Below are positions 47,924-58,200 of a stretch of DNA of 64,000 nucleotides, one piece after another; the stretch's first letter is position 1, and each line of letters begins with the position of its first letter. The notes under the pieces were generated by a model, which worked only from the letters and a program-made list of their open reading frames with translations, had not been told where the DNA came from and did no database searches. A program made the translations under genes and the position numbers. Source of the stretch: an uncultured Planctomycetia bacterium (GTDB taxonomy: Bacteria; Omnitrophota; Gorgyraeia; 1-14-0-20-64-10); assembly GCA_964597545.1 (NCBI GenBank), contig CAZQXN010000001.1, positions 133,655 to 197,654 on the forward strand, in the 5' to 3' direction.

Positions 47924-48894
47924 GGGCGCACCTGCTGGGGTGCGGGGGCATCCGCTCCGGACTCTTCCTCGGCGGTCACTCCAGCCACCAGGTACAGCAC
48001 CGCCATCCGTACCGCAATGCCGTTGGTGACCTGCTCCAAGATTACCGATTGAGGTCCGTCGGCCACATCCGGGGCGATCTCGATGCCCCGATTGACCGGT
48101 CCGGGGTGCATGACAATCAGATCCGGTTTGGCCCGAGCCAGCTTCTTCTGGGTCAATCCATAAAGCCGGGTGTACTCCCTAAAGGAGGGGATGTGGCGCT
48201 CCTTCTGCCGCTCCAGCTGCAGCCGAAGGGCCATGACCACATCGGCTTGGGCTAGGGGCTTGTCCAGATCGTAGCTGACCTTGACCCCCAAGGCTTCTAT
48301 GGTGGGGGGGACCAGGGTGGGCGGGCCGCAGACGGTGACGTCGGCGCCCAGCTTGGTCAGACCCCACAGATCTGAGCGGGCCACGCGTGAATGCAGGATA
48401 TCCCCGACGATCACCACTTTGAGCCCCTCAATCCGTCCCTTCTTTTCTTGAATGGTGAACAGATCCAACAGCCCCTGGGTGGGGTGTTCGTGGGCGCCGT
48501 CGCCGGCATTGATCACGTTGGATCGGATTGCGCGCGCCACTGAGGCCGGGACACCGCTGGCGCTGTGGCGCACCACCACCACATCCACCCGCATCGCCTC
48601 GAGATTCCGAGCGGTGTCTACGACGCTTTCTCCCTTGACCAAACTCGAGGAGGAGCCTTGCACTTGCAGGATATCGGCGGAGAGCCGCTTGGCTGCCAGC
48701 TCGAAGGAGGCCCGTGTGCGGGTAGAGGGCTCCAAGAAGCAAAGGGCTACGGTCCTGCCCCGAAGGGCCGGAACCTTCTTGATGGCCCTGCCTGAGACCT
48801 CCTTGAACGCTTTGGCCTGCTGAAGCAGGAGTGTCAGCTCCTCTTTGCTTAACTCCTCTAATCCCAGCAGGTCCTTCCGAGTCCAGCGGGTCAT
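47920..48894 (-). CDS. pyrB: Aspartate carbamoyltransferase catalytic subunit
   Basis: [22 protein letters not shown] matches the STRTR carbamoyl-phosphate-binding motif. HPxQ region. Confidence 0.85.
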   Translation of the reverse strand: MTRWTRKDLLGLEELSKEELTLLLQQAKAFKEVSGRAIKKVPALRGRTVALCFLEPSTRTRASFELAAKRLSADILQVQGSSSSLVKGESVVDTARNLEAMRVDVVVVRHSASGVPASVARAIRSNVINAGDGAHEHPTQGLLDLFTIQEKKGRIEGLKVVIVGDILHSRVARSDLWGLTKLGADVTVCGPPTLVPPTIEALGVKVSYDLDKPLAQADVVMALRLQLERQKERHIPSFREYTRLYGLTQKKLARAKPDLIVMHPGPVNRGIEIAPDVADGPQSVILEQVTNGIAVRMAVLYLVAGVTAEEESGADAPAPQQVRP

Positions 48895-49445
48895 GTCACC
48901 ACCTCCTCAATCACAACCTCGTCCAAGCTGTCTACCTCAGTCAGGCGAACCTGAACAAGCTCCTGCTTGGCGGTTGGCAAGTTCTTTCCGACGTAATCCG
49001 CCCGTATCGGCAGCTCTCGATGTCCCCGATCCACCAGCACAGCCAACTCAATCACCTCGGGCCTTCCTAAGTCGGTCAGGGCATCCATTGCCGCGCGAAT
49101 CGTCCGGCCCGTAAAGAGGACATCATCTACAATCACCACCCGGCGCCCGGTCACATCGTAGGGAATCTCAGTCCCATGCACCACAGGATTGGACCCGCTG
49201 TGGTTGAGGTCATCCCGATAGAGGGTGATGTCCAGAGTTCCCAGGGCAACGGTGCGTTCGCTGATTTGACGAAGGAGTTTGTCCAAACGCTGTGCCAGCA
49301 CTTCGCCTCGAGATCGGATGCCGATCAAACAGATGCCCTCTGAATCGTGATCCTTCTCAAGGATTTCGTGGGCAATGCGGGTGAGTACCCGCTGGATCCC
49401 ATCGGCATCCAGGGCTTGGGTTTTAGTGCGGGTCTTGGCACTCAT
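48891..49445 (-). CDS. pyrR: Bifunctional pyrimidine operon regulator / uracil phosphoribosyltransferase
   Basis: PRTase-type protein ([19 protein letters not shown]). The start is taken at the ATG at 49445. The TTG at 49457 lies inside the terminator U-tract and is rejected. Confidence 0.8.
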   Translation of the reverse strand: MSAKTRTKTQALDADGIQRVLTRIAHEILEKDHDSEGICLIGIRSRGEVLAQRLDKLLRQISERTVALGTLDITLYRDDLNHSGSNPVVHGTEIPYDVTGRRVVIVDDVLFTGRTIRAAMDALTDLGRPEVIELAVLVDRGHRELPIRADYVGKNLPTAKQELVQVRLTEVDSLDEVVIEEVVT

Positions 49446-49454
49446 GAAAGGGCA

Positions 49455-49501
49455 CAAAAAAATGGCTCACCCCCGCCTGACTCTAGGCGCAGATGAACCA
49501 T
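49455..49501 (-). terminator. Attenuator terminator of the pyrR leader
   Basis: mRNA-sense AUGGUUCAUC...GGUGAGCCAU forms a 10-bp stem including 2 G-U pairs, followed by UUUUUUU immediately before the pyrR start. Confidence 0.5.
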
Positions 49502-49539
49502 GGTTCGCTCAACAGAAACCACTTTGACCTCCCTTTTCT

Positions 49540-49553
49540 GGCCTCTCAGGACC
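49540..49553 (-). promoter_or_regulatory. PyrR RNA-binding loop (anti-antiterminator region) in the pyrR leader
   Basis: mRNA-sense ...UUUAAACUGGUCCUGAGAGGCCAGAAAAGGGAGG... matches the conserved GUCCAGAGAGGC(U) PyrR-binding motif with one substitution. Confidence 0.6.
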
Positions 49554-49609
49554 AGTTTAAAAGGTTATTTGCCTGTATCCCCGCGACAAGCGAGGATCCT
49601 CATGTAAGA

Positions 49610-50446
49610 TTAAACCACATCCTCCCCGTCGGTGTCAAGGTCGAGCAGGGTCTCGGTGGGATTTTTGAGGTGGTGGCGGCAGATTCCCCGCTCACTTTTC
49701 TGCACAAACTCCACCAAATGCTCCACTTCCGGAGGAAGATCCTGAAGGGCTCGGATGGAGTTAAGAGCCTGGGTGGTGTTCAAGCCCGCTCGATACAGGA
49801 GGCGATAAGCTTCCCGGATCTTTTGCAAGACCTGGGGTGCGACCTTGGCCCGCCTCAAACCCACCGTGTTGATCGACCAAACTTCGGAATCCCCCTTCAC
49901 CAGCAGGTAGGGTGGAATGTCCTTGTTGACCCGGGCCAGCCCCGCCACCATGGCAAGGGTTCCCACCCGGACAAATTGGTGAACCGCGACATGTCCGGAG
50001 AGGATCGCCCGATCCTCGACGGTGACATGGCCGGCCAAGAGCGCTCCGTTGGCAAGAATCACCCGGTTACCAACGTGGCAGTCGTGGGCCACGTGGGAAA
50101 AACCCATCAAGAAGCAGTCTGAGCCCAGGCTGGTCCAAGCCCCAGGCTGGGAGGCCTTGTGGATTGAGGTGTACTCCCTGAGCACCGTTCTATCCCCAAT
50201 CCGAACGCCGCCGGCCTGCGGCTCCCGAAGAGCCTGATGGAGATGGCCGACGACCGCCCCCACATGAATCTGACACTCCTCCCCAATCTCCAAGGGGGCC
50301 GCGAGATATGCGTGCGACCAAATCTTGGTGCCGGCCCCCACGCGGACCGGTCCCTCAATCACGGCATAGGGGCCAATTTCAACGCCAGGAGCAATCTCTG
50401 CCGCAGGATCAATAACCGCTGTGGGGTGGATATCGACGGTGCTCAA
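49610..50446 (-). CDS. lpxA: UDP-N-acetylglucosamine O-acyltransferase
   Basis: Left-handed beta-helix hexapeptide repeats (IHPTAVIDPAAEIAPGVEIGPYAVIEG...). A TTG start at 50446 overlaps the rsmI TGA. No upstream in-frame ATG exists before a stop. Confidence 0.75.
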   Translation of the reverse strand: MSTVDIHPTAVIDPAAEIAPGVEIGPYAVIEGPVRVGAGTKIWSHAYLAAPLEIGEECQIHVGAVVGHLHQALREPQAGGVRIGDRTVLREYTSIHKASQPGAWTSLGSDCFLMGFSHVAHDCHVGNRVILANGALLAGHVTVEDRAILSGHVAVHQFVRVGTLAMVAGLARVNKDIPPYLLVKGDSEVWSINTVGLRRAKVAPQVLQKIREAYRLLYRAGLNTTQALNSIRALQDLPPEVEHLVEFVQKSERGICRHHLKNPTETLLDLDTDGEDVV

Positions 50447-51177
50447 AGGGGTCTGACCCCTTTCTGGGTTTTAGGGGTCTGACCCCTTTGGTTCCTTTGG
50501 TATGGTACCGGAATGAAGATAATCGTGCACTCCCCTTTTGGAGCGCGAGTAGTATACCGTGCCAGAACCTCGCTTGTCGAGCCGCGCGTCAGCTCCTCGT
50601 GCATCTTGGTCAGCTCCCGAGCAACCGCCACTGGGATTTCGCCTAGCACCTTCTGGATCGTCTGGAGGGTTTTGACCACCCGATAAGGGGATTCAAAGCA
50701 GACAACAGGGTCTTCTTCCTCGGCCAGGCCGCGAAGCCACCGCTCCATGGCAGCCGACTTCTTTGGGGGGAAACCTTCAAATTGAAACCGCTCCCCCCGA
50801 AAACCAGAGAGGGCCAGCGCCGTGGTGACGGCTGAGGGGCCGGGGATCACCTCTACGCGGACTCCAGCAGCATGTGTCTGGGTAACCAGATCCGCCCCTG
50901 GGTCAGAAACCGTCGGCATCCCGGCATCGGTCACCAAGGCAATCGATTCACCGGCCTTAAGCCTCTCAAGCAATTGGGCCCCTTTGGCGCGCTCGTTGTG
51001 CTCATGGAGCGAGGTAAGTGCTGTTGTAACCCCATGCCGCATAAAGAGTTGCTTGGTCCGGCGCGTATCCTCGGCCGCCACCAGAGAAACCTCCTTAAGC
51101 ACCTTGAGAGCCCTTAAGGTAACGTCCTCAAGGTTGCCGATCGGGGTACCCACCAGATACAGCGTGCCTGCGCTCAT
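50443..51177 (-). CDS. rsmI: 16S rRNA (cytidine1402-2'-O)-methyltransferase
   Basis: LYLVGTPIGNLEDVTLRALKVLKEVSLVAAEDTRRT matches the tetrapyrrole-methylase-fold RsmI N-terminus. The last 15 codons are encoded by two copies of the 19-bp palindromic element. Confidence 0.7.
   Translation of the reverse strand: MSAGTLYLVGTPIGNLEDVTLRALKVLKEVSLVAAEDTRRTKQLFMRHGVTTALTSLHEHNERAKGAQLLERLKAGESIALVTDAGMPTVSDPGADLVTQTHAAGVRVEVIPGPSAVTTALALSGFRGERFQFEGFPPKKSAAMERWLRGLAEEEDPVVCFESPYRVVKTLQTIQKVLGEIPVAVARELTKMHEELTRGSTSEVLARYTTRAPKGECTIIFIPVPYQRNQRGQTPKTQKGVRPL
50445..50489. repeat. Two tandem copies of the palindromic element AAAGGGGTCTGACCCCTTT
   Basis: 50445..50463 is identical to 43601..43619. The second copy AGGGGTCTGACCCCTTT is at 50473..50489. 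Confidence 0.7.
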
Positions 51178-51875
51178 CAGGTCAAATCACAGAACCAAAA
51201 ACCATCGCGCTCAACCACCTCTCCTCGGTTGATCTGAATGGGCCGGCGAAAGATCGGTCCGTCATAGACAAAGGTATGAAACTCTCCATTCTCTCCGCAG
51301 GGGTCAACCCCCTCCGGAAGATCGTCAAGGAATCGCTGGTCATACTCCCGCCCACAAAAAGAGGGGTCTACCTGCTTGGGATCCACGCAAACCACTACCG
51401 CCTTAAAACCGGCCTCAATAAAATACCGGGCAAGGCTTCGGGTCTCCTTCTGCCACAAGGGAAAGATCCCTTGCATATCGACCCGGCTTAAGTTCTTCTC
51501 CCGATAGCTTCGGATATCCTCTAAGAACAGATCCCCGAATCCCACTCGCTTAATCCCCTTGGCCTGGTGGCGCGCGAGGAGGTTGCGCATCGCCTCTTCA
51601 TACGCCTCATTAGAGGCCTGGGGTGGAATACGAACCTGCTCCAGGGACAGCTCAAGCGAGGCAGCCTGCTGCTCCAAAAGACGGCACCGAACTCCATGCA
51701 TGCTGATTCGCTCATAACCCTCGGTCACGGTGGTGATCAACCCCTTGACCCGAAGGGCGGGCTCCTTAAGCAAAACCTCCAGCGCCAGGGCGCTGTCCTT
51801 ACCTCCGCTCCAGCCTACAAGGATTGGTTCAGTGGAAATGGTCAGCTTTTCGGTTCGATCTTGCAGGAGGGGCAC
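51177..51875 (-). CDS. PP-loop ATPase of the Dph6/MJ0570 (DUF71) family
   Basis: ILVGWSGGKDSALAL matches the SGGxDS PP-loop. Confidence 0.5.
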   Translation of the reverse strand: MPLLQDRTEKLTISTEPILVGWSGGKDSALALEVLLKEPALRVKGLITTVTEGYERISMHGVRCRLLEQQAASLELSLEQVRIPPQASNEAYEEAMRNLLARHQAKGIKRVGFGDLFLEDIRSYREKNLSRVDMQGIFPLWQKETRSLARYFIEAGFKAVVVCVDPKQVDPSFCGREYDQRFLDDLPEGVDPCGENGEFHTFVYDGPIFRRPIQINRGEVVERDGFWFCDLT

Positions 51876-52081
51876 AGCTTAAAAAGCGAGACCAGGCTGA
51901 TCACTCCTGCCAAGCCAATCACCGCGTAGACCACGCGGGAAGCAGTGCTCATCGGCCCGAGCAACCCGGCCACCAAATCGATCTGGAAGATCCCAACCAA
52001 CCCCCAGTTGATCGCCCCGATAATCACCAAAATGGGCGCCAGCTTACAACCCGGACATCCTGTTTCTTGTGTCATCGTCAC
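51842..52081 (-). CDS. DUF378-family small membrane protein
   Basis: GAINWGLVG motif and two TM helices. Confidence 0.45.
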   Translation of the reverse strand: MTMTQETGCPGCKLAPILVIIGAINWGLVGIFQIDLVAGLLGPMSTASRVVYAVIGLAGVISLVSLFKLCPSCKIEPKS

Positions 52082-52189
52082 ATCCTCCTTTTTCTTTGAG
52101 ATGCGGTTGTATTGTATCAGGATTCACAACGCTCCACACCAAACCCCTGCAAGATGGGTTAATGGTGATCTAGTGTTTGTTAGCGCTGC

Positions 52190-52219
52190 TTGCATTTTCA
52201 CCCTTAAATCGGGTAGACT
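52190..52219 (+). promoter_or_regulatory. Putative sigma70-like promoter (TTGCAT-18-TAGACT) for the giant gene
   Basis: Seen directly, ~25 nt upstream of the ATG at 52244. Confidence 0.35.
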
Positions 52220-52243
52220 TAATGCATACAGGATAAAACAGTT

Positions 52244-55200
52244 ATGGGGAAATCTTTCACCAGAATCTTTACCCTTTTGCTGGCGCTAAGCCTTGCCCTG
52301 CCAAGTCCTGCTTGGGCCCTGCGCAGTCAAGAACCCATAGAGACTACTGCAGCCACTGGGCTCGAAGAGGCCCTCTCCGGCCGGAAGGAAGGGGAAGCGC
52401 ACGTTGATGGCCACCTCATAGCAAGGCGCTTCGCCGAGCTGCTCAGGGAGGGGCGGACCAACCCAGCAATTCACTCTGGCGCGCCCTCCTCAAAACCGCT
52501 TCAGCGAGACGACATTACGCGAACCGACGCCAGAGAGGTGGTTTGGGAGTTGAGCGAAAAGGCGCTTAAGGGTGCGCTCAACGAACTGTGGGAGCGAGTG
52601 CTGCGGCACTCCGCTTATTGGAGACAGTTCCGCAAAGAGATCGATGTGGGCGCGCTCGGTCCAAAATATATAGAGCAGGGAATCGTCGATCACCTGTTCT
52701 CCATCTTAAGACACCCATTGGCCAATGCCGTTGATGCCTTGGTGCGAGCGTCCTATCCGGTTTTCGAGGATGCCGAGATTGCCGTCCTATGGTCTGTGCG
52801 GGGGCAGGAAATCCGGATTCAGATTTTGGATACAGGCTCTGGAATCGCCCCGGATGCCCTTGGTGTGCTGGGTCAAGAACTCATCGAAAACGACAAGGCG
52901 GACGAACTGGGGTCTTTTGGGCGGCAGGGGCGCGGGGCGTTCATTGCTGCGCGCTTGGCTGCAGCAGAAAATTGGCAGCTCAGTTTCGCCAACCGCGATG
53001 GCACAGGGGGCGCTGTCGTATCGCTGATTATCCCCCTCACCCCCACCCTCTCCGGCCAGGAGGAAACTTGGGAATTAAAAATCCAAGCCGGTTATACCGA
53101 TGCTCAAGTGACCGTTTTAGGCGTGGGCTTTATCGGCAGCCGAATCATGCAGCGTCTTTTGGGCTCCTACGGAGCGCTGGTCCGGACGGTCAAGGGAACC
53201 ACCACGAAAGCTTCTGAAAATCTCGCCACTCGGTTCTCCGATTTCCCCGCCTACCCGAAGCTGGCTCCAATCCAAGGAGATCACCGCAATGCCGAAAGCG
53301 TTCGCCGGTTCATTGGGGACTCCAAAGTCATCCTAGATACTGCCGGTCTTGCTTGGCAACACAAATCCGGGGGCAAGCCCGCCACCTTGGAAGAGGAGCT
53401 GCTCCAGAATGCAGCCAGCGCGGCGCTGATCGGACAACTGCTGGGTTCCTATCAGCGCCTCGTCTGGACCTCCAGCAACGCGGCCGATTACATGTTGGCT
53501 CGATTGCGCACTCATGAACAAGCTGTGCTCCTGAAAGAAATCGACGAGCGCGCCCGGCGCTACGTTCAATTCTCCAAGGGCCTTCCCTCTCAAGAAGCGT
53601 GGGGTGATTTCGTCCGACAGGATTTAGCTGAGTTTCAACCGCAAACTTTTGAAAAAGGCCCTAATCAAGCGGCAGCGGTCTTTGCAAAGGCATTCAGCTA
53701 TCCTTACTCCAAGCGGCTGGGGGAGCGAATATTAGAAATTGTATCGGAGGATCCAGAGAAAGACATCTGGGTGCTCAGGATCTCAGATGTATACGGCCCA
53801 GGCCAAGGTTTAGGGAAGGAGTTCTGGCATCCGGAGCGCGAGCGGCGGAAAGCAGCCAGGCGTCCACAATGGTTCATGGCGATTTTTGAAGCGATTCGCA
53901 ACGGGCAATTTGAGCCCTGGAAAACGGGGCAGGATTTCTTTCAAAGCAAGAACGAGCAGACCATCTACAACGACTTTGTGGCCCCTGTTTATATTGATGA
54001 TGTCGTGGAGATGATCCTGCGCGCCTCTGTGTTGGAAAAAGATTCGGACACTCCAGGTTCCGCAGTCCTCCAACTAAGCGCCCCGTGGATGACCAATCAG
54101 GCGATGGCCGAAACTATTGCCCAACAGGTCGGAATCGATCTGAACATTGCTGTGGGGGATCCGATCCTTCGACAGCAGCCGCTGGCAGCAAATTCGGGCT
54201 TGGCCCTTTTGGGCATGCAGGGAGAGCTTACCTCTTTTGAGGATGGGGTGGCCCGCCATTTGGACTGGTGGCGCCAGCCTCAGGTCCCCGCCGGCCAGGA
54301 GGAGAAACGAGCGCTGGCTCGGCATCTGAGGGATTGGGTAATCCCTCGGCTGCGGGCTCAGCTCCAGGCGGAGGAACAGATCGGTGTCGGCCGTCTGCGC
54401 AGGACGATCGGCGAGATTCAAAGCGACCAACCCTTTATCCAGGGAGGGGTGGCCTATGTGCCTGCTCGCCAAGGCCGATTGATTGTCCTTGGGGATCTCC
54501 ACGGAGATCTGGTCATGTTTGAGAAGATCCTTGACCAAGTGGGGTACGACCCCGAGATCAATCCAACGCTTCCGCCCGAACTTCAAGCGCACCTGGTGAT
54601 GGCTGGGGACCTTGCGGAGGGGGGTAGGCAGAACATCAAGCTGGCCAATCGGCTGGGGGAAATCAAGCTGAAGGATCCGAATCACGTCATCTTCGCAGGG
54701 GGCAACCACGACCAGGAATTGGTTCTGTGGGATTCACCGATCATCTCGAAGTATCCTCATTTCACCTTCTTGTCCAAAGAGCTGGCTGACCTGTTGGGGC
54801 CGGAGGAGGGAATGTCGATCTACGGGGATTGGAATGGTCTTGGGCGCGCACTTCCGGTCCTGATCGCTTTCCCCAACGGGATCGTCGTTGTGCATGGAGG
54901 GGGGCCCTCTCTGGCAAATCCTCCGCCACCTGGGCTTCCAGAGCAATTCCGCACCACCTTCAGCCCCGAAGCGGGCCTGTTGGGCATTGAGAATCCCATC
55001 ATCCAGGACCAGATGTCGTTTAACTTCCTGTGGGGATCCCACCTGGCTCGTTCCATGCCTGAGGTTGATGAGGTGATCGCGCTCAGCTCTAGAACCAGCG
55101 AGCGGGGAATGCACCCCGGCTTCTGGATCTCGCGGAACAGCCATTTTGGGTTCCTGGATTCGATTGGGGGGAAGGTTTTGGTTCGGGGACACGACTCCTG

Positions 55201-58200
55201 GGCCCCTCACGATCAAGTGTTCTACGATGGGACCGTCTTAACGCTTCAGTCCACCGATTATCGCTCACCAGACCACGCCTTCCAGAGGGATCGTCAACTG
55301 ATCGGCCGCTACGCTGAGTTCGATTTAAGCCAGACCTATGACCGGATTGATCCTGAGGGGGTAGTCAAGTATCTGTCCTGGGCCTCCGGCCTGGAGGAGG
55401 ATATTGCGGCCGAGGCGGCCGCTCTTCAAGAAGAGGGTCGGCCATTCAAGTTGGACCTGCATTGGCACGGCGTCGATCCGGATGGAAGATATCAAAAGGA
55501 CGGCAATGTCTCTCTTGTCAGCATTGGGTTCGACAGAGGGCGAGCGGATGTGCGGGGTGCCGCGCAACATGTGCAGCAAGCGCTCAGGCAGGCCACGGAT
55601 CATCCAGATGTGCGCATCGTAGCCGGCGGCAGCGAGAACTATGTTGCTGTCCTGCTGCCGCGGAAGCCTTGGGGGATGGAACGTGTTGCGCGCGAAGAGC
55701 TTCCGGGTGACCTCTCAGAGTGGCTCACTGTCATTGTGGGCGATTCCCTGGGCCTGGACTTTCTCTCTCTGGAACAGCAAGAGCGGTTCCCCACAGCATC
55801 CCTCCAGATATTGGTTCAGGGAAAGGAGGCCGTCTTGCCGCCTCACGCTGAAGAGGTCGTTCTCGCCAAGAAGGGCGGCGACGGTGTGGATGCCCTGCTG
55901 ACAGATCTGCTTCGGGTAATCGAGCGGGGCGGGCAGTACCAGGAGGTGGAATCCTTTGGAGAGCAACTGCCAGGGGACTTCCAGGATAAAGCCCTTAATC
56001 CTAAAAGATTGCATCTTATCTTTGATGTCGACAGCACGTTGATGGCCTCACTGGACACGTTTGATGCGCAGCAGCACGGAAAGCAGGGGCAGGAATTTAA
56101 GGGGGAGCGGCTGGAGAATATCGCCCGTCTGGCGGAGCGCGGCGTCTTCTTCAGGTTTGGAAGCGGCAAGGCCTTAGAGGAGGTCTCCGGTGACCGAGCC
56201 GTTCCTGACTGGGATCGTCTGCTGATCCCAGTTGTAAAGGCTTTCATGGATCGCAGGATCCCTGTGCAGCAAGTGGGATACGACGGCGTTTCCGGACAGC
56301 AAAAGGTGCGGGTGCGACCCGGAACAGAAGAACTGCGCTTTAGCCGAAGAGAGCTTCCGATCAGCCCGGATCGTCAGGTTTTTACGAATCAAGAGGTGAT
56401 ACGGCTCTTCCGCTTAGGCCTCCAGGCGGTCCAAGCCAATGCCAAGCCGACTCAACCGGGAGCCGACGCCGCCGGTCAGGAGGAGATAGCACAGGTTGCA
56501 GTAGAGGCTAGAATTTTAGCAATGGATCTAGGCGGAACTAACCTTCGGATCGGTTTGGTCAATAAGCGGACAGGAGAACTGTTTCCTGGAACGTTGCGCG
56601 CGCATCCCCTCGAATTCCTTCCGGGCACATCGCATGCCTCTGGTCGGAATGCCGAGGTGATCCTCCATCAGATTCTAACAGCTGCTCAAGCCTTATTGTC
56701 AGATATAGGGTTGGATTCTTTCGCTGAGATTGGAGGTGTCGCAGTGAGTATTGCCGGCAGCCTGAGGGAAGGGGAGGGGGTTGTTCGTTTTCAAGCAAAC
56801 CTCCCCTTTTCAGGACAGAATCTTGCTGCGCTCCTATCGCACCGGTTTAATGTTCCTCCGCAAGCCATTGTTCTTTCAAATGACGTAAGGGCTGGACTTC
56901 GAGCTGAGATGCACTATGGCGCGGGTCAAGGGCGCCGGGCCGGCTCGGTCGGATATTTCTCGGTGGGAACCTCCGCCAATGGGGCTTTTTTATCCGATAA
57001 GGGAGAAATAGTTAAGTTAGACTCAATTGATTTGATCAGATCGTGGATCAGGGAAGTCTCCATGCGTGCCGGAGGAATGCACCTACCACATCGGGCAGTA
57101 GAACAGGGAATGCCCTCAGCCACTGTTGGGACAACACAACAGGTTTGGGAGCAGGCGCAGGCGAGCCATGAAACTGCCAAAAAACTTATTCGGAAAGCAG
57201 CTGAGTCGATAGGAGAGGCTCTCGTCAAGATTACGGAGGCCGTAACAAAAGAGCAGGAGTTTCTTTGGATCCTCGGTGGCGGTGTGGTTGAAGGAATGGG
57301 TGAGCCGTTTGTTGAACAAATTCGGGCTTCAGCCGATCAGGAGCTCCATGAATCCCGTCGTGGACAAAGAATTACCATTTGTCTCTCTCCGTTGGATGGC
57401 CGAGAACGAGGGCTTCGTGGTGCAGCTTTGAGCGTTGCCGCCGGGCTGGAGGAGCAGGTTTCCCAGCGGGATGCGGCCGATATTAATCTGCTTTTCCAGC
57501 ATCTGGCCAACCCGGTAGATCAGCGGCAGATGCCCGAAACGTTCGATGCGGTCGTGGTCCTTGGTAATCCGAATCCTCAGCAAAATGGGGCGGCGGCGGC
57601 CGAAGCGATCCATCAGTTTAAACCAAGCTTCGTTGTGATAACAGGCACAGCCGAAGAAACACCTCAGTTTAAGAACGTGCTGTCCCAGCACGGCATTAAG
57701 GATCTCATCGAAGATGCAGCTGCGAGGCATACGGGGGACAATGCTCGAAACAGCGCCCGACTGCTGAAACCCAAAGGGCTTCCCGATTCCCCGAACATTC
57801 TTCTGGTCTCTGACCCACTGGCGGCAACCATCGCTCTGCGATTTTTCGAGCTGCAGTTTGCAGATGAATGGGGAGGGCCGGCAAATTTCTACAGCTACAC
57901 AGCCTCGTTGCCTAGCGTAACACCGGGAACGAACCGTAGCGAATTGGGAATGCAAGTGCAAGCGGGGATCAATATTTTTAGGAGCCTTAACGACTATGCT
58001 GGCACGTTCATTTCGGATCACGAAGCAGATCGGGATCCTCAAGTGGCCGCAGCGGTGCAGCGGCTTCGTGACCAAAACTATACCGCCGGCCAGGAGGAAA
58101 GCGCACTAGCGCAGGCTTTGTCCGACCCTGAGGTGCAAGCGGGCCTGGAGGACAAGGGCTGGGCCCAAACGAAAGCGCTGGGGCCAACTGTCTTTGTTGG

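Noticed and set aside
49446-49457. TTG start at 49457 for pyrR
   Set aside because: The codon lies inside the attenuator U-tract. The ATG at 49445 matches the PyrR N-terminus.
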